From positions 1 to 19,619 of the forward strand of contig JBBIJQ010000035.1 of NCBI GenBank assembly GCA_037445915.1: a stretch of 19,619 bases of DNA, given 5' to 3'. A model generated the notes under the pieces. That model was not told where the DNA came from. It worked only from the letters and a program-made list of their open reading frames with translations, and did no database searches. Below, piece after piece: positions 6,693 through 17,082 of the stretch. Numbering within the stretch: the stretch's first letter is position 1; each line of letters opens with the position of its first letter. Both the position numbers and the translations under genes were made by a program. This DNA is from Planctomycetales bacterium. GTDB taxonomy: Bacteria > 4484-113.

Positions 6693-8264
6693 ATGCGGGC
6701 ATACCTTCTTTGCGTGGTTCTCATCTTCACGGCGCTTATCGCCACGCCGCCCGCATACGCCGACGACGCCGCGCCGCCCGCCTCCCCGCCCATTGAAACC
6801 GCCGCTGCCCCCGCGCAGGAGCAGCCCGCAGACGATGCGGTCACGGTGCAGACCGGCGAAGCCAATGACTACATTGAAGCCGACAGCGGCACGTATCTTA
6901 CCGGCGATAAGCTGGAGCTTAAAGGTAACGTACTCCTGCACACCGAGAGCGCCTTCCCCGGCGCGGTCGTGGAGATACGCGCGGACGAGGCGGTGTGGGA
7001 CGAAAAGCTTGACGTGTTCACAGTCCCCGGCGCGACAAGGATAAGCGTCCCCTCATACAAGCTTGACATCATCGGCCAAAACCTGCGCGCCGACCTGGCC
7101 GCGCATACCGGCTCCATTGAAAGCGTCAGCGGCACGATGCGCGTTAACCCGAAGATGTTTGCGGACGCCAACGGGATGGTAAACCGCCGCTACGTGCGCT
7201 TCACGACTGCCGACCCGATGGTGAGCTTCATAAGCGAGGGCATGTCGTTTGTGCAAGGCGAAAACGGCGCATTCGTGGCGACCTTCAAGCAGGCGCGCAT
7301 AGCCCCCGCCGATGCTGCCAGCGCAGATTTCCGGTTTACAGTGCAGGAGATGGTTTATATCCCCGGCGAGCAAGTCATCGTCCGCAATGCGCGGCTGCAG
7401 GCGAGCGGCGTGACCATCGGCTACGTCCCGCGCTACCGTTATAGGCTGAAGAGCAGCGACCGCATCCTGCGCGGCACATTTCCCACGCCGGGATACGACG
7501 AGGACGACGGCTTCTTTCTCCAGCAGTCTGAATACCTGCGCTACGGCGACTTGTCCGTTGACCTGAACAGCGAGTATTTCGTCCAGGACCAGCGTTACCT
7601 GCCAGACCTCCAGATATTCACTGAGCCTACTGAGAACTCCAAGCTCGGCGTGCAGTTAGGGCGAGACCGCACGCGCGACCTCTACCGCCGCCGCATAAGC
7701 CGTAAGACTTCGTATAACTTCTACTACACGCAAGACATGGACTTTCACGCCGATTTCCTGCGCAGCGCGTCCTTCGGCGTTAGCTACGCCAAGCGCGGCC
7801 AGGACCTGCCTAAGGTGACTTCGCGCAGCTTCTCAACCTTCGCCAAGGCAGATACGCCCGCCTACGACCTTGGCGGTGGCGTGAAAGCGCTGGGCGGCAT
7901 AGGCGCGTATTACTGGAAGTATGAATATGGCGATGCGGATTTTCTCGCGCTGCACTCTTTCGTGCGCCTGGCGCGCGAATCACCGTGGGGCATTGACTAT
8001 GTGCAGTTTGAGCATGCCGACAAGTTCGGCGGCAGCCCCTTCCGCTTTGACGACCAGTTCACGGAAAACAAGCTCATCGCCAACAAGAACTTCCAGCTAT
8101 TCCCGCATTACACGGGCCGAGTGACCGCCGCCTACAACTACGACCTGAATAACTTTGACGAGCTGACGGTTGGCTTGAGCCGCGAGCTGCGGGCATATTA
8201 CATCGGCATGAACTACAACTTCGCGCGCGCGGCAGCGGGCGTGGAGTTTGCTCTGAAGTTCTAA
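6693..8264 (+). CDS. LptD/OstA-like outer-membrane beta-barrel protein (short LPS-assembly-type)
   Basis: Signal peptide ending AYA; OstA-like N-terminus (IEAD, LKGNV, IRADEAVW); LptD-like core (YIPGEQVIVRNARL...IGYVP, PTPGYDEDDGFF); aromatic-rich amphipathic strands; C-terminal Phe (GVEFALKF). lptB and an MsbA-like gene are nearby. Start could be GTG 6687. Confidence 0.7.
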   Translation: MRAYLLCVVLIFTALIATPPAYADDAAPPASPPIETAAAPAQEQPADDAVTVQTGEANDYIEADSGTYLTGDKLELKGNVLLHTESAFPGAVVEIRADEAVWDEKLDVFTVPGATRISVPSYKLDIIGQNLRADLAAHTGSIESVSGTMRVNPKMFADANGMVNRRYVRFTTADPMVSFISEGMSFVQGENGAFVATFKQARIAPADAASADFRFTVQEMVYIPGEQVIVRNARLQASGVTIGYVPRYRYRLKSSDRILRGTFPTPGYDEDDGFFLQQSEYLRYGDLSVDLNSEYFVQDQRYLPDLQIFTEPTENSKLGVQLGRDRTRDLYRRRISRKTSYNFYYTQDMDFHADFLRSASFGVSYAKRGQDLPKVTSRSFSTFAKADTPAYDLGGGVKALGGIGAYYWKYEYGDADFLALHSFVRLARESPWGIDYVQFEHADKFGGSPFRFDDQFTENKLIANKNFQLFPHYTGRVTAAYNYDLNNFDELTVGLSRELRAYYIGMNYNFARAAAGVEFALKF

Positions 8265-8285
8265 GGCATGCGGGATGCTCCGCTG

Positions 8286-10295
<2,010 letters not shown>

Positions 10296-10450
10296 GTTAA
10301 AACCGCTATACGCATGTAAATACCGAACCCATCTCCCAACCCCATTAAATCATATCATTTAACGCCTCCCCTGAGAACCCTTTTCTCCTTATTTCATGCC
10401 GATTCTTGGGGATATTTCAGGTCATGATTCTAGGCGCAGTTTCGCACATC

Positions 10451-10542
10451 GGGTAGGCGTGGCCCACCAGCCCCGCACAAGCAGTTTCCCCATTCGAAAG
10501 CGGCTTAAAGCGTAAAGCCGGGCTAATCAGCCCGGCCTACCC
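10451..10542. repeat. REPIN-like doublet of GTAG REPs
   Basis: gggtaggcgtggcccaccagccccgc (10451-10476) and the inverted gccgggctaatcagcccggcctaccc (10517-10542). Confidence 0.7.
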
Positions 10543-10588
10543 ATTTAAGGGATGGAGACATTCTAAAGTGACACGGAATACCGCGGCC

Positions 10589-11368
10589 CTAATACTGGAA
10601 TCTTTCCCCAAGGAAATACTTGCGGGCCATTTCGTCGCGGGAGACTTCGGCGGGGGTGCCCTGCACGAGGACTTTGCCGTCAACCATGATATACGCGCGG
10701 TCGCAGATGCTCAGCGTCTCGCGGACATTGTGGTCGGTGATGAGAACGCCCAGGCCCTTGTCGCGCAGCGAGGAGACAATCGCCTGCAGGCTTTCAATCG
10801 TGATGGGGTCAATGCCCGTGTAGGGCTCGTCAAGCAAGATGAAGTCGGGCTTCCCCGCCAGCGCGCGCGCCACTTCCACGCGCCGCTTCTCGCCGCCGGA
10901 GAGCACGTAGGCTTTCTGGTTGCGCAGGTGCTTGATGTTGAATTCCTCAAGCAGCTCTTCCATGCGCGCCTTCTGCTCCGCCTCGGGCAGGCCGATGACT
11001 TCCCAGACGAGGCGGATGTTTTCCTCAACCGTGAGCTTGCGAAACACGCTGCTTTCCTGCGACAGGTAGCCGATGCCCAGCCGCGCGCGCTTGAAGATGG
11101 GCAGCTTCGTGATTTCCTCGCCCTTGAGGTAAACATGCCCGGCGTCGGGGCTCACCAGGCCGATGACCATGTAGAAAGTCGTAGTCTTTCCCGCGCCGTT
11201 GGGGCCGAGTAGGCCCACGACTTCGCCCTTGCGCAGGTGGACGCTGACATCGTTGACCACGCGGCGGCCGCGGTAGATCTTGATGACGTTGCGCACCTCA
11301 AGCACCGCGCCGTCATTGGCGGCAGGCGCCTGCTTAGGGGCTTCAATTGTCGCTTGCGGCGTATCCAC
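10589..11368 (-). CDS. lptB: LPS export ABC transporter ATP-binding subunit
   Basis: GEVVGLLGPNGAGKTTTFYM, RARLGIGYL.QE.SVFRKLTVEEN, LSGGEKRRVEVARAL, LLDEP.TGIDP, LITDHNVRETL, YFLGERF. Confidence 0.95.
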   Translation of the reverse strand: MDTPQATIEAPKQAPAANDGAVLEVRNVIKIYRGRRVVNDVSVHLRKGEVVGLLGPNGAGKTTTFYMVIGLVSPDAGHVYLKGEEITKLPIFKRARLGIGYLSQESSVFRKLTVEENIRLVWEVIGLPEAEQKARMEELLEEFNIKHLRNQKAYVLSGGEKRRVEVARALAGKPDFILLDEPYTGIDPITIESLQAIVSSLRDKGLGVLITDHNVRETLSICDRAYIMVDGKVLVQGTPAEVSRDEMARKYFLGERFQY

Positions 11369-11379
11369 GGTTCATCTTC

Positions 11380-11388
11380 ATTCTAGCA
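11380..11388 (-). promoter_or_regulatory. Extended -10 promoter for lptB
   Basis: TGcTAGAAT on the minus strand, 11 nt upstream of GTG 11368. Confidence 0.5.
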
Positions 11389-11411
11389 CAGGCAAAGCCG
11401 CCCGCCCGCGC

Positions 11412-13181
11412 TCACGCGAGTCCCTGCAGCTTCACGAGGCTGTAGTAATAGCCCTGGCGCTCCACGAGTTCGCGGTGGCTTCCCGCCTCGCGGATGCGCC
11501 CGCCGTCTAAGACGATGATTCGGTTGGCATTCTTCACGGTGGACAGCCGGTGCGCCACCATGAGCGTCGTGCGCCCATACATAAGCTTGTTGAGCGCGTC
11601 CTGCACAATCGCTTCGGAAATGGAATCAAGCGCGCTCGTCGCCTCGTCAAGCAGCAAGATGCGCGGGTCCTTGAGCAGCGCTCGCGCAATGCTGATGCGC
11701 TGGCGCTCGCCGCCCGAAAGCGTCACGCCGCGCTCGCCGACGATGGTGTCGTAGCCGCGAGGCAGCTTCATTATGAACTCGTGCGCATTGGCGCTCTTCG
11801 CGGCCTCAATAATGTCAAGCTCATCTTTGACGCGCGTGCCGAAGCTGATGTTGTCGCGCAGCGTGCCGTGGATGAGGATGGTCTCCTGGCTCACCAGCCC
11901 GATGTGCCGCCTAAGCGACGCCAGCGTTACGCGCGAAACGTCCTGGCCGTCAATGGTGATGCTGCCCTTGCGCGGCTCGTAGAAGCGCGGGATGAGTTGG
12001 AGCACTGTCGTCTTACCGCTGCCGCTGTCGCCCACTAGCGCGATGGCCTCGCCCGGCTTAACGTCCAGGCTGAAGTCTTGCAGCACGTCCGAGCCGCTGG
12101 AGTAGCCGAAGTCAACGTTGGTGAAGGTTATCCGCCCGTCGGTGATTTCCAGCGCCTTCGCGCCGGGGAGGTCGCGAATCTCGCGCGGGGTGTCAAGTAT
12201 TTCGTAGATGCGGCCGATAGCGGCGGAGGCGGACTGCAGGTGCGCCACGACGCGCGACAGCTTGTTGAGAGGGTTGGCGACCATCGCCGCGAGCCCGACG
12301 ATTAGGAACACATCGCCGACGGTGGACTGGTCCTGGATGATGAGGAACGCAAGGAACGCGAAGAATACGAGCGGCGCCATCATCCCGATGAACTCCCCGC
12401 ACGCGAGGAGCACCGCGAGCCACTTCGCCGCGCGCAGGTTTTCCTTGAGCGTGCGACGGTTCACGTCGTAAAACTGGCCGCTGACCTCCGCTTCCATGTT
12501 AAACGACTGGATGAGGCGGATGACGTTCAAGCCCTCTGAAAGCACGCCGGTAAGCTCGCCGGTAAATTCCTGGATTCGCTGGTTGATGCGCCGCAGGCGC
12601 GCCCCGACAATGCGCAGCCCGATGGCGACGATGAGCGACACCACAAGGATGAATACGCCGAGCTGCCAGCTCCGCACAAAGAGTATTGCGAGCGCGCCCA
12701 CGAGCATGAGCGGCGAAACGATAAGCTCCTCAAGCGAGGCGGTGATGAAGTTTTGCAGCGTAACGACGTCGTTGGTGAGGCGCGACATCAAGTCGCCGAC
12801 GCGGCTCTTGTCAAAGAACGAATACGAAAGCTGCTGCAGGTGGTCAAACAGCCGCTGGCGGAGGGTTGCCGTAATGTTGTGCGCGATGGAGTTGCCCGCG
12901 TAGATGCGAAGAGACAGCGCGACCGAGCGGATGATTAGGAGCAAGACGAGCGCTCCCAGCGTAAGCCAGAGCAGCGTGATGTCGCGGCGCGTGAAGATTA
13001 CTTCGTCAAAAAGGTATTTGGTGATGACGGGCAGCGAAAGCTGGGAAATGGAGAAGACGGCGGCAGACCCGAGCGCGATGTAGAGCCACTTGCGCTGCTC
13101 CATGACGAGCGGGCGGATGCGGCGGAACTCCCACCACCTTCTGCGCGCGCGTATGTGCGGTGTGCTTGATGCGGCCATCAT
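11412..13181 (-). CDS. MsbA/Sav1866-type ABC exporter (fused TMD+NBD); candidate lipid A flippase
   Basis: Multiple N-terminal TM helices, GDLMSRLTND, Walker A GDSGSGKT, LPRGYDTIVGERG, LSGGERQR, LLLDEATSALD, VAHRLST. The MsbA role is inferred only from adjacency to lptB. Confidence 0.9.
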   Translation of the reverse strand: MMAASSTPHIRARRRWWEFRRIRPLVMEQRKWLYIALGSAAVFSISQLSLPVITKYLFDEVIFTRRDITLLWLTLGALVLLLIIRSVALSLRIYAGNSIAHNITATLRQRLFDHLQQLSYSFFDKSRVGDLMSRLTNDVVTLQNFITASLEELIVSPLMLVGALAILFVRSWQLGVFILVVSLIVAIGLRIVGARLRRINQRIQEFTGELTGVLSEGLNVIRLIQSFNMEAEVSGQFYDVNRRTLKENLRAAKWLAVLLACGEFIGMMAPLVFFAFLAFLIIQDQSTVGDVFLIVGLAAMVANPLNKLSRVVAHLQSASAAIGRIYEILDTPREIRDLPGAKALEITDGRITFTNVDFGYSSGSDVLQDFSLDVKPGEAIALVGDSGSGKTTVLQLIPRFYEPRKGSITIDGQDVSRVTLASLRRHIGLVSQETILIHGTLRDNISFGTRVKDELDIIEAAKSANAHEFIMKLPRGYDTIVGERGVTLSGGERQRISIARALLKDPRILLLDEATSALDSISEAIVQDALNKLMYGRTTLMVAHRLSTVKNANRIIVLDGGRIREAGSHRELVERQGYYYSLVKLQGLA

Positions 13182-13199
13182 TACCAGATGCGAAAGGAT

Positions 13200-13208
13200 A
13201 TTCTAGCA
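13200..13208 (-). promoter_or_regulatory. Extended -10 promoter for the MsbA-like gene
   Basis: TGcTAGAAT on the minus strand, 18 nt upstream of ATG 13181. Confidence 0.5.
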
Positions 13209-13250
13209 TCCGCAGGGGAATAATGGGTTTCCGGCTGAATTAGCTTATTG

Positions 13251-13483
13251 GTAGGCGGGACTTTAGTCCAGCTCCGAAATCTCCTACTCTCCGTAGGCCG
13301 CACTTTAGTGTGGCTCTGGAATCTGAGCTATGGACTCTGCCCTCCGGTTGAAGGGCCGGGGCTTTACGCCCCGCCGTCTGGGTCCTAATGGGTGGCACAG
13401 CCGACTCGGCTGTGCGCCTAATGCACAAGCGGGACGCATGTGCCACCTTCCAGACGCCGGAGCCAGGCTAAAGCCTGGCCTAC
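13251..13483. repeat. Nested REP/REPIN cluster
   Basis: GTAG REPs at 13251-13274 and 13293-13316; GAAG REP at 13349-13378; GGTGG inverted pair at 13391-13447; inverted GTAG REP at 13460-13483. Confidence 0.8.
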
Positions 13484-13662
13484 GGGGAATGTTCCAAGCA
13501 CTCCAACAACGCCTGCACTTCATCCCGAAGCTTGCGCATCTTCTCCGCAACCTCCGGCGGAAGCTCAGGGGGAAGCTCGCCTTCCCACGCGCCGTGCAGT
13601 TCCTTCAGCGCGCTGACAATCTCTTCGCGGCTGAAATCTTTTGGCTGTTCAGGTTCGCTCAT
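13480..13662 (-). CDS. Small acidic helical protein (60 aa), unknown function
   Basis: ATG 13662 overlaps the asnS TGA (ATGA coupling). Sequence MSEPEQPKDFSREEIVSALKELHGAWEGELPPELPPEVAEKMRKLRDEVQALLECLEHSP looks like a helix-Pro linker-helix protein. Confidence 0.6.
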   Translation of the reverse strand: MSEPEQPKDFSREEIVSALKELHGAWEGELPPELPPEVAEKMRKLRDEVQALLECLEHSP

Positions 13663-14984
13663 GGCGAGAGGCGGTGCAGCATCCTCGGGAACGCGATGGT
13701 CTCGCGGATGTGCTGCACGCCGCAAAGCCATCCTAGCGTGCGCTCAAGGCCGATGCCGAAGCCCGAATGCGGCACGCTGCCGTATTTGCGCAGATCAAAA
13801 TACCAGCTAAACGCCTCCTCGGGCAGCCCGTGTTCCTGCACGCGCAGGCGCAGCGTCTCCAGGTCGTCCTCGCGCTGGCTGCCGCCGATGATTTCGCCGA
13901 CTCCCTCAGGCGCAAGCAGGTCCGAGCCGAGCACCGTCTCAGGGTCTTTCGGGTCGCGCTTCATGTAAAACGCCTTTATCTGCGCCGGAAAGTTGGTGAT
14001 GAACACCGGCAAGTCCGACTGCCCCGCAAGGAATGTTTCCTCCGGCGCGCCGAAGTCTTCACCGAAATCAAAGCGCGCCTCGCGCCCGGGCATATTTTCG
14101 TTGATGATTTTCACGGCGTCGCGGTAGTGGATGCGCGGGAAGCACCCGCCCTTGGCGCACGCCTCCACGATGTTCGCAAGCGGCGTTGTGTCGCGCTCAA
14201 GCGTGACAAGCTCGCCGGCGCAGTTCGCGAGCACGCGCCTAATCGTGTCAAGTATCATGTGCTCTTGCAGGCGCATGTTGTCTTCGTGCGTGAAATACGC
14301 GGCCTCGGCTTCCAGCATCCAGAACTCCAGCAAATGCCGCCGCGTCTTGCTCTTTTCTGCGCGGAAGGTTGGGCCGAAGCAATACACGCGCCCCAGCGCC
14401 ATCGCGTTCGCCTCGTTGTAGAGCTGGCCGCTTTGCGAGAGGTATGCCTTGTCGCCGTGGTAGTCAACTTCAAAAAGCGTGGTCGTGCCTTCAACCGCGT
14501 TGGGCGTGAAGATGGGCGTGTCCACGCGGATGAACCCGCGCTCGTAGAAGAAGTCAGCCCACGCCTTCTCAACCTCGTTGCGCACGCGCATTATCGCCGC
14601 CTGCTTGCGCGAGCGAAGCCAAAGGTGGCGGTTGTCCATCAGGAACTCTACGCCGTGGTCTTTCTTGGCGATTGGGTAGTCTTCAACAATTTGCAGCGCG
14701 TTCACGGCGCTGACCTGCATCTCCACGCCGCCTGGCGCGCGCGGCTCAAGGCGAAGTTCGCCCGTGATTTCAAGCGACGATTCTATGCCGAGCTTCGCGC
14801 ACTGCTCCATCGCCTCGGGCTGAAGGCTGCCGCCGAAGGCGACGCACTGCATTTCGCCGCTGCCGTCGCGCACGATGAGGAAGAAGATGTTCTTCCCGCT
14901 GCGTATGTTGCGCAGCCAGCCGCGCAGCCTCACGGTTTCGCCGGCGTGCTCCTTCGCGTCACATATTCGTATCGTCTCAATCAT
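13659..14984 (-). CDS. asnS: Asparagine--tRNA ligase
   Basis: OB fold (LRGW, RDGSG), YPIAKKDHG.EFLMDNRHLWLR, EGTTTLF, YLSQSGQLY, FGPTFRAEKSKTRRHL.EFWMLE, GEIIGGSQRE, WYFDLRKYGSVPHSGFGIGLER. Confidence 0.97.
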   Translation of the reverse strand: MIETIRICDAKEHAGETVRLRGWLRNIRSGKNIFFLIVRDGSGEMQCVAFGGSLQPEAMEQCAKLGIESSLEITGELRLEPRAPGGVEMQVSAVNALQIVEDYPIAKKDHGVEFLMDNRHLWLRSRKQAAIMRVRNEVEKAWADFFYERGFIRVDTPIFTPNAVEGTTTLFEVDYHGDKAYLSQSGQLYNEANAMALGRVYCFGPTFRAEKSKTRRHLLEFWMLEAEAAYFTHEDNMRLQEHMILDTIRRVLANCAGELVTLERDTTPLANIVEACAKGGCFPRIHYRDAVKIINENMPGREARFDFGEDFGAPEETFLAGQSDLPVFITNFPAQIKAFYMKRDPKDPETVLGSDLLAPEGVGEIIGGSQREDDLETLRLRVQEHGLPEEAFSWYFDLRKYGSVPHSGFGIGLERTLGWLCGVQHIRETIAFPRMLHRLSP

Positions 14985-15043
14985 ATTGCGCCCCTTGGCA
15001 CGCCTATTCTAACCCCTATCAGCGCGCGTGTGAAATCGCGCTT

Positions 15044-15189
15044 TGGAGTCTGGGCTCTGCTGAAGGGCGGGGACCTGTGCCCCGCCGCTCTTCTCCGAAA
15101 ACAAGACGGCGGCCCACGGGTGGCCGCCCTACAACCAGAATCCCATAGCCGGGCGAAAGTTCACCCGCCTTTGGAGGGACACGGCCTAC
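15044..15189. repeat. Nested REP/REPIN cluster (left-truncated) with a 20-nt mini-insertion
   Basis: tggagtctgggctctg linker; tgaagggcggggacctgtgccccgcc from 15061; inverted gacggcggcccacgggtggccgccctaca (15105-15133); inverted GTAG REP 15147-15189, interrupted at 15160-15179. Confidence 0.75.
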
Positions 15190-15289
15190 AGCTTTGGATT
15201 GTCTTGTTATATTTCCCCCTACACATCGCTAGAATCTATATGGGCGAGAGCTAACCCTCCGCCTACTTCGCGCCGGAGCACCCGCATAT

Positions 15290-16792
15290 ATGCCCGATTC
15301 CCCGCAAGCCGCAAGCGCCGGACTGCACGCGCCCGAGCTGCAAAAACTCTGGAACGGCAGCGTCGCAGCAAGCCTCACCAAGCCTGAATACTTCGCGCTG
15401 CTTGGCTACCGCCCACACGCAGGCCAGCGCCGCATCCACAACTCCAGCCGACGCTTCACCATCGCCGTGTGCGGCCGCCGCTGGGGCAAGACGCTCGCAG
15501 CCGCGCGCGAGGCAGGCTTTGCGGCGCTGAAGCCAGGCGCGCGCATCTTCGTCGTCGCGCCGTACCACGCCCTGTGCAGCCGCGTGTTTGAGCAGGTGTG
15601 GAACGACCTTGTCGTGGCGTTGCGCATGCCCGTCGCCGCAAAGAGCCGCAGTGACATGATGATTGAGCTGGCATGGGGCGCGCGCATTGAGGGCAAGACT
15701 GCCGAGCGCCCGGACGGCCTGGTCGGCGAAGGGCTTGACCTCGTGGTCTTTGACGAAGCAGCGAAGGCAAGGGCGGGCGTGTGGGAGCGCTACCTTGCGC
15801 CGTCGCTCATGGACAAGCGCGGCCGCGCGCTGTTCATAACCACGCCCGAGGGCATGAATTGGCTATACTCGCTGTTTATGCAGGGCAAGGACAGCGGCGA
15901 AAGCAACTGGCTTTGCTTCAACGCGCCGTCGCAGTCAAACCCGCACCTTCCCCGCGCCGAACTTAAGCTCATTACGCGCAATATGTCGCGCTTTCATAAG
16001 GCGCAGGAAATCGGCGCGGAGTTCACTCGCTGCGCCAACCTGGTCTATCCCGCGTTTTCCCACGCCGCGCACGTGCGCCCGCAAAGCTACGACCCGCGCC
16101 TGCCGCTTTACCGCGCCATTGACTTCGGCTACACAAACCCGTTTGCTTGCCTCACGCTGCAAGTTGCGCCGGGCGACGAGGTGCGCGTGCTTGACGAGAT
16201 ATACCAGCGCGGCGAGACGGTTCACGAAAATGCCCAGCGCATGCAGCAGTCGCTTGAGCCATACTTCGCGCGCTTCCGCGACTACTGGCTTCACGGCGGC
16301 CACATGCGCCAGCCTGTCTCTCCATCAACCAATAGCCAGTCACTTGCAACCATCCTCACCCATCCCCTCACCGGCGCTCCGCGCTTCCCGCAAAGCGTGG
16401 ATGAATTCGCGCAGTGCGTAATGCATTTTTGCGACCCCGCAGGCGCGGGCGAGCGTGCGCACCTGCGTAGCCTGGGGCTCATCGTGCAGGCGCGCCCTTC
16501 GCCGTTGTCCTACGGCATTGAGCTTGTCCGCAGCGCGCTGGAGGGAGACGGCGACGCCCCCAAGCTTTTCGTTGACCCACGCTGCGTGAACCTCATCCGC
16601 GAATTCGGAAGCTACCGCTACGCCGATTCAGGAGACTCATCCTTTTCCTCCTCCGCTTACCCCTTATCCGCCTGCGCCGAAGCTTCGGCGGACAAGTCCC
16701 TTACCTCTTACCCCTCTCTGGCTGAAGCTCCCCTCAAGGAGAACGACCACGCCCTTGACGCGCTGCGCTACTTCATGGGGAATATGTTTTGA
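15290..16792 (+). CDS. Phage terminase large subunit (Terminase_6-like ATPase plus RNase H-like nuclease), solitary
   Basis: Q motif YRPHAGQ, Walker A GRRWGKT, VVAP, Walker B LVVFDEAA, motif III FITTPEG, NPHL, nuclease acidic motifs AIDFG, DPAG and DHALDALRY. Confidence 0.9.
   Translation: MPDSPQAASAGLHAPELQKLWNGSVAASLTKPEYFALLGYRPHAGQRRIHNSSRRFTIAVCGRRWGKTLAAAREAGFAALKPGARIFVVAPYHALCSRVFEQVWNDLVVALRMPVAAKSRSDMMIELAWGARIEGKTAERPDGLVGEGLDLVVFDEAAKARAGVWERYLAPSLMDKRGRALFITTPEGMNWLYSLFMQGKDSGESNWLCFNAPSQSNPHLPRAELKLITRNMSRFHKAQEIGAEFTRCANLVYPAFSHAAHVRPQSYDPRLPLYRAIDFGYTNPFACLTLQVAPGDEVRVLDEIYQRGETVHENAQRMQQSLEPYFARFRDYWLHGGHMRQPVSPSTNSQSLATILTHPLTGAPRFPQSVDEFAQCVMHFCDPAGAGERAHLRSLGLIVQARPSPLSYGIELVRSALEGDGDAPKLFVDPRCVNLIREFGSYRYADSGDSSFSSSAYPLSACAEASADKSLTSYPSLAEAPLKENDHALDALRYFMGNMF
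16656..16713 (+). repeat. Heptamer array CTTA(C/T)C(C/T) x4 interrupted by a 30-nt palindromic mini-element, inside the terminase ORF
   Basis: cttaccc ctta[tccgcctgcgccgaagcttcggcggacaag]tcc cttacct cttaccc. Confidence 0.75.
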
Positions 16793-16820
16793 GTTCGCAG
16801 TTAAGCAATTAGCCAATAGG

Positions 16821-16992
16821 GTAGGCCGCACTTTAGTGCGGCTCCGGAGTCTGGAGTCTGGGCTCTGAACTGAAGGGCGGGGCTTTACGCCCCGCCGTCT
16901 GGAATTAACTGCAAGGCTAGCCACGGCGGGGGATAAACCCCCGCCCTTCAACCAGATTCCGGATACCAGAGCCGGGCTTAAGCCCGGCGTAC
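16821..16992. repeat. Complete nested REP/REPIN cluster
   Basis: gtaggccgcactttagtgcggctc (16821-16844), tgaagggcggggctttacgccccgccgtc (16871-16899), inverted acggcgggggataaacccccgcccttca (16923-16950) and inverted gagccgggcttaagcccggcgtac (16969-16992). Confidence 0.85.
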
Positions 16993-17082
16993 GGAACAAT
17001 AGGATTCCAGCTGAGCATTTTTCCATTCGCCTATAATTACACCTATCCCTGCGCGCATCATGCGCGGGGGAAGGAGAAGGAT

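Noticed and set aside
8265-8285. Intrinsic terminators between convergent genes (also 1450-1459 and 18382-18393)
   Set aside because: Gaps are 10-21 nt with at most weak stems and no U-tract.
13251-13483. CRISPR array or tRNA/ncRNA interpretation of the palindromic repeats
   Set aside because: Repeats are degenerate, in both orientations and irregularly spaced, with no cas genes and no tRNA cloverleaf or T-loop pattern.
13240-13968. ORFs 13240..13446, 13305..13550 and 13330..13968
   Set aside because: They translate REP palindromes or overlap asnS and do not have protein-like composition.
13767-15254. 495-aa plus-strand ORF
   Set aside because: Antisense shadow of asnS running into REP DNA; no recognisable motifs. 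Long shadows are expected at high GC.
15240-15254. Leaderless mini-ORF MGES right after the terminase -10 box
   Set aside because: Four codons could easily be chance; no supporting evidence.
16664-17026. 120-aa minus-strand ORF with repeated GLSPA / RRGVKPRP peptides
   Set aside because: These peptides are translations of the REP hairpins.
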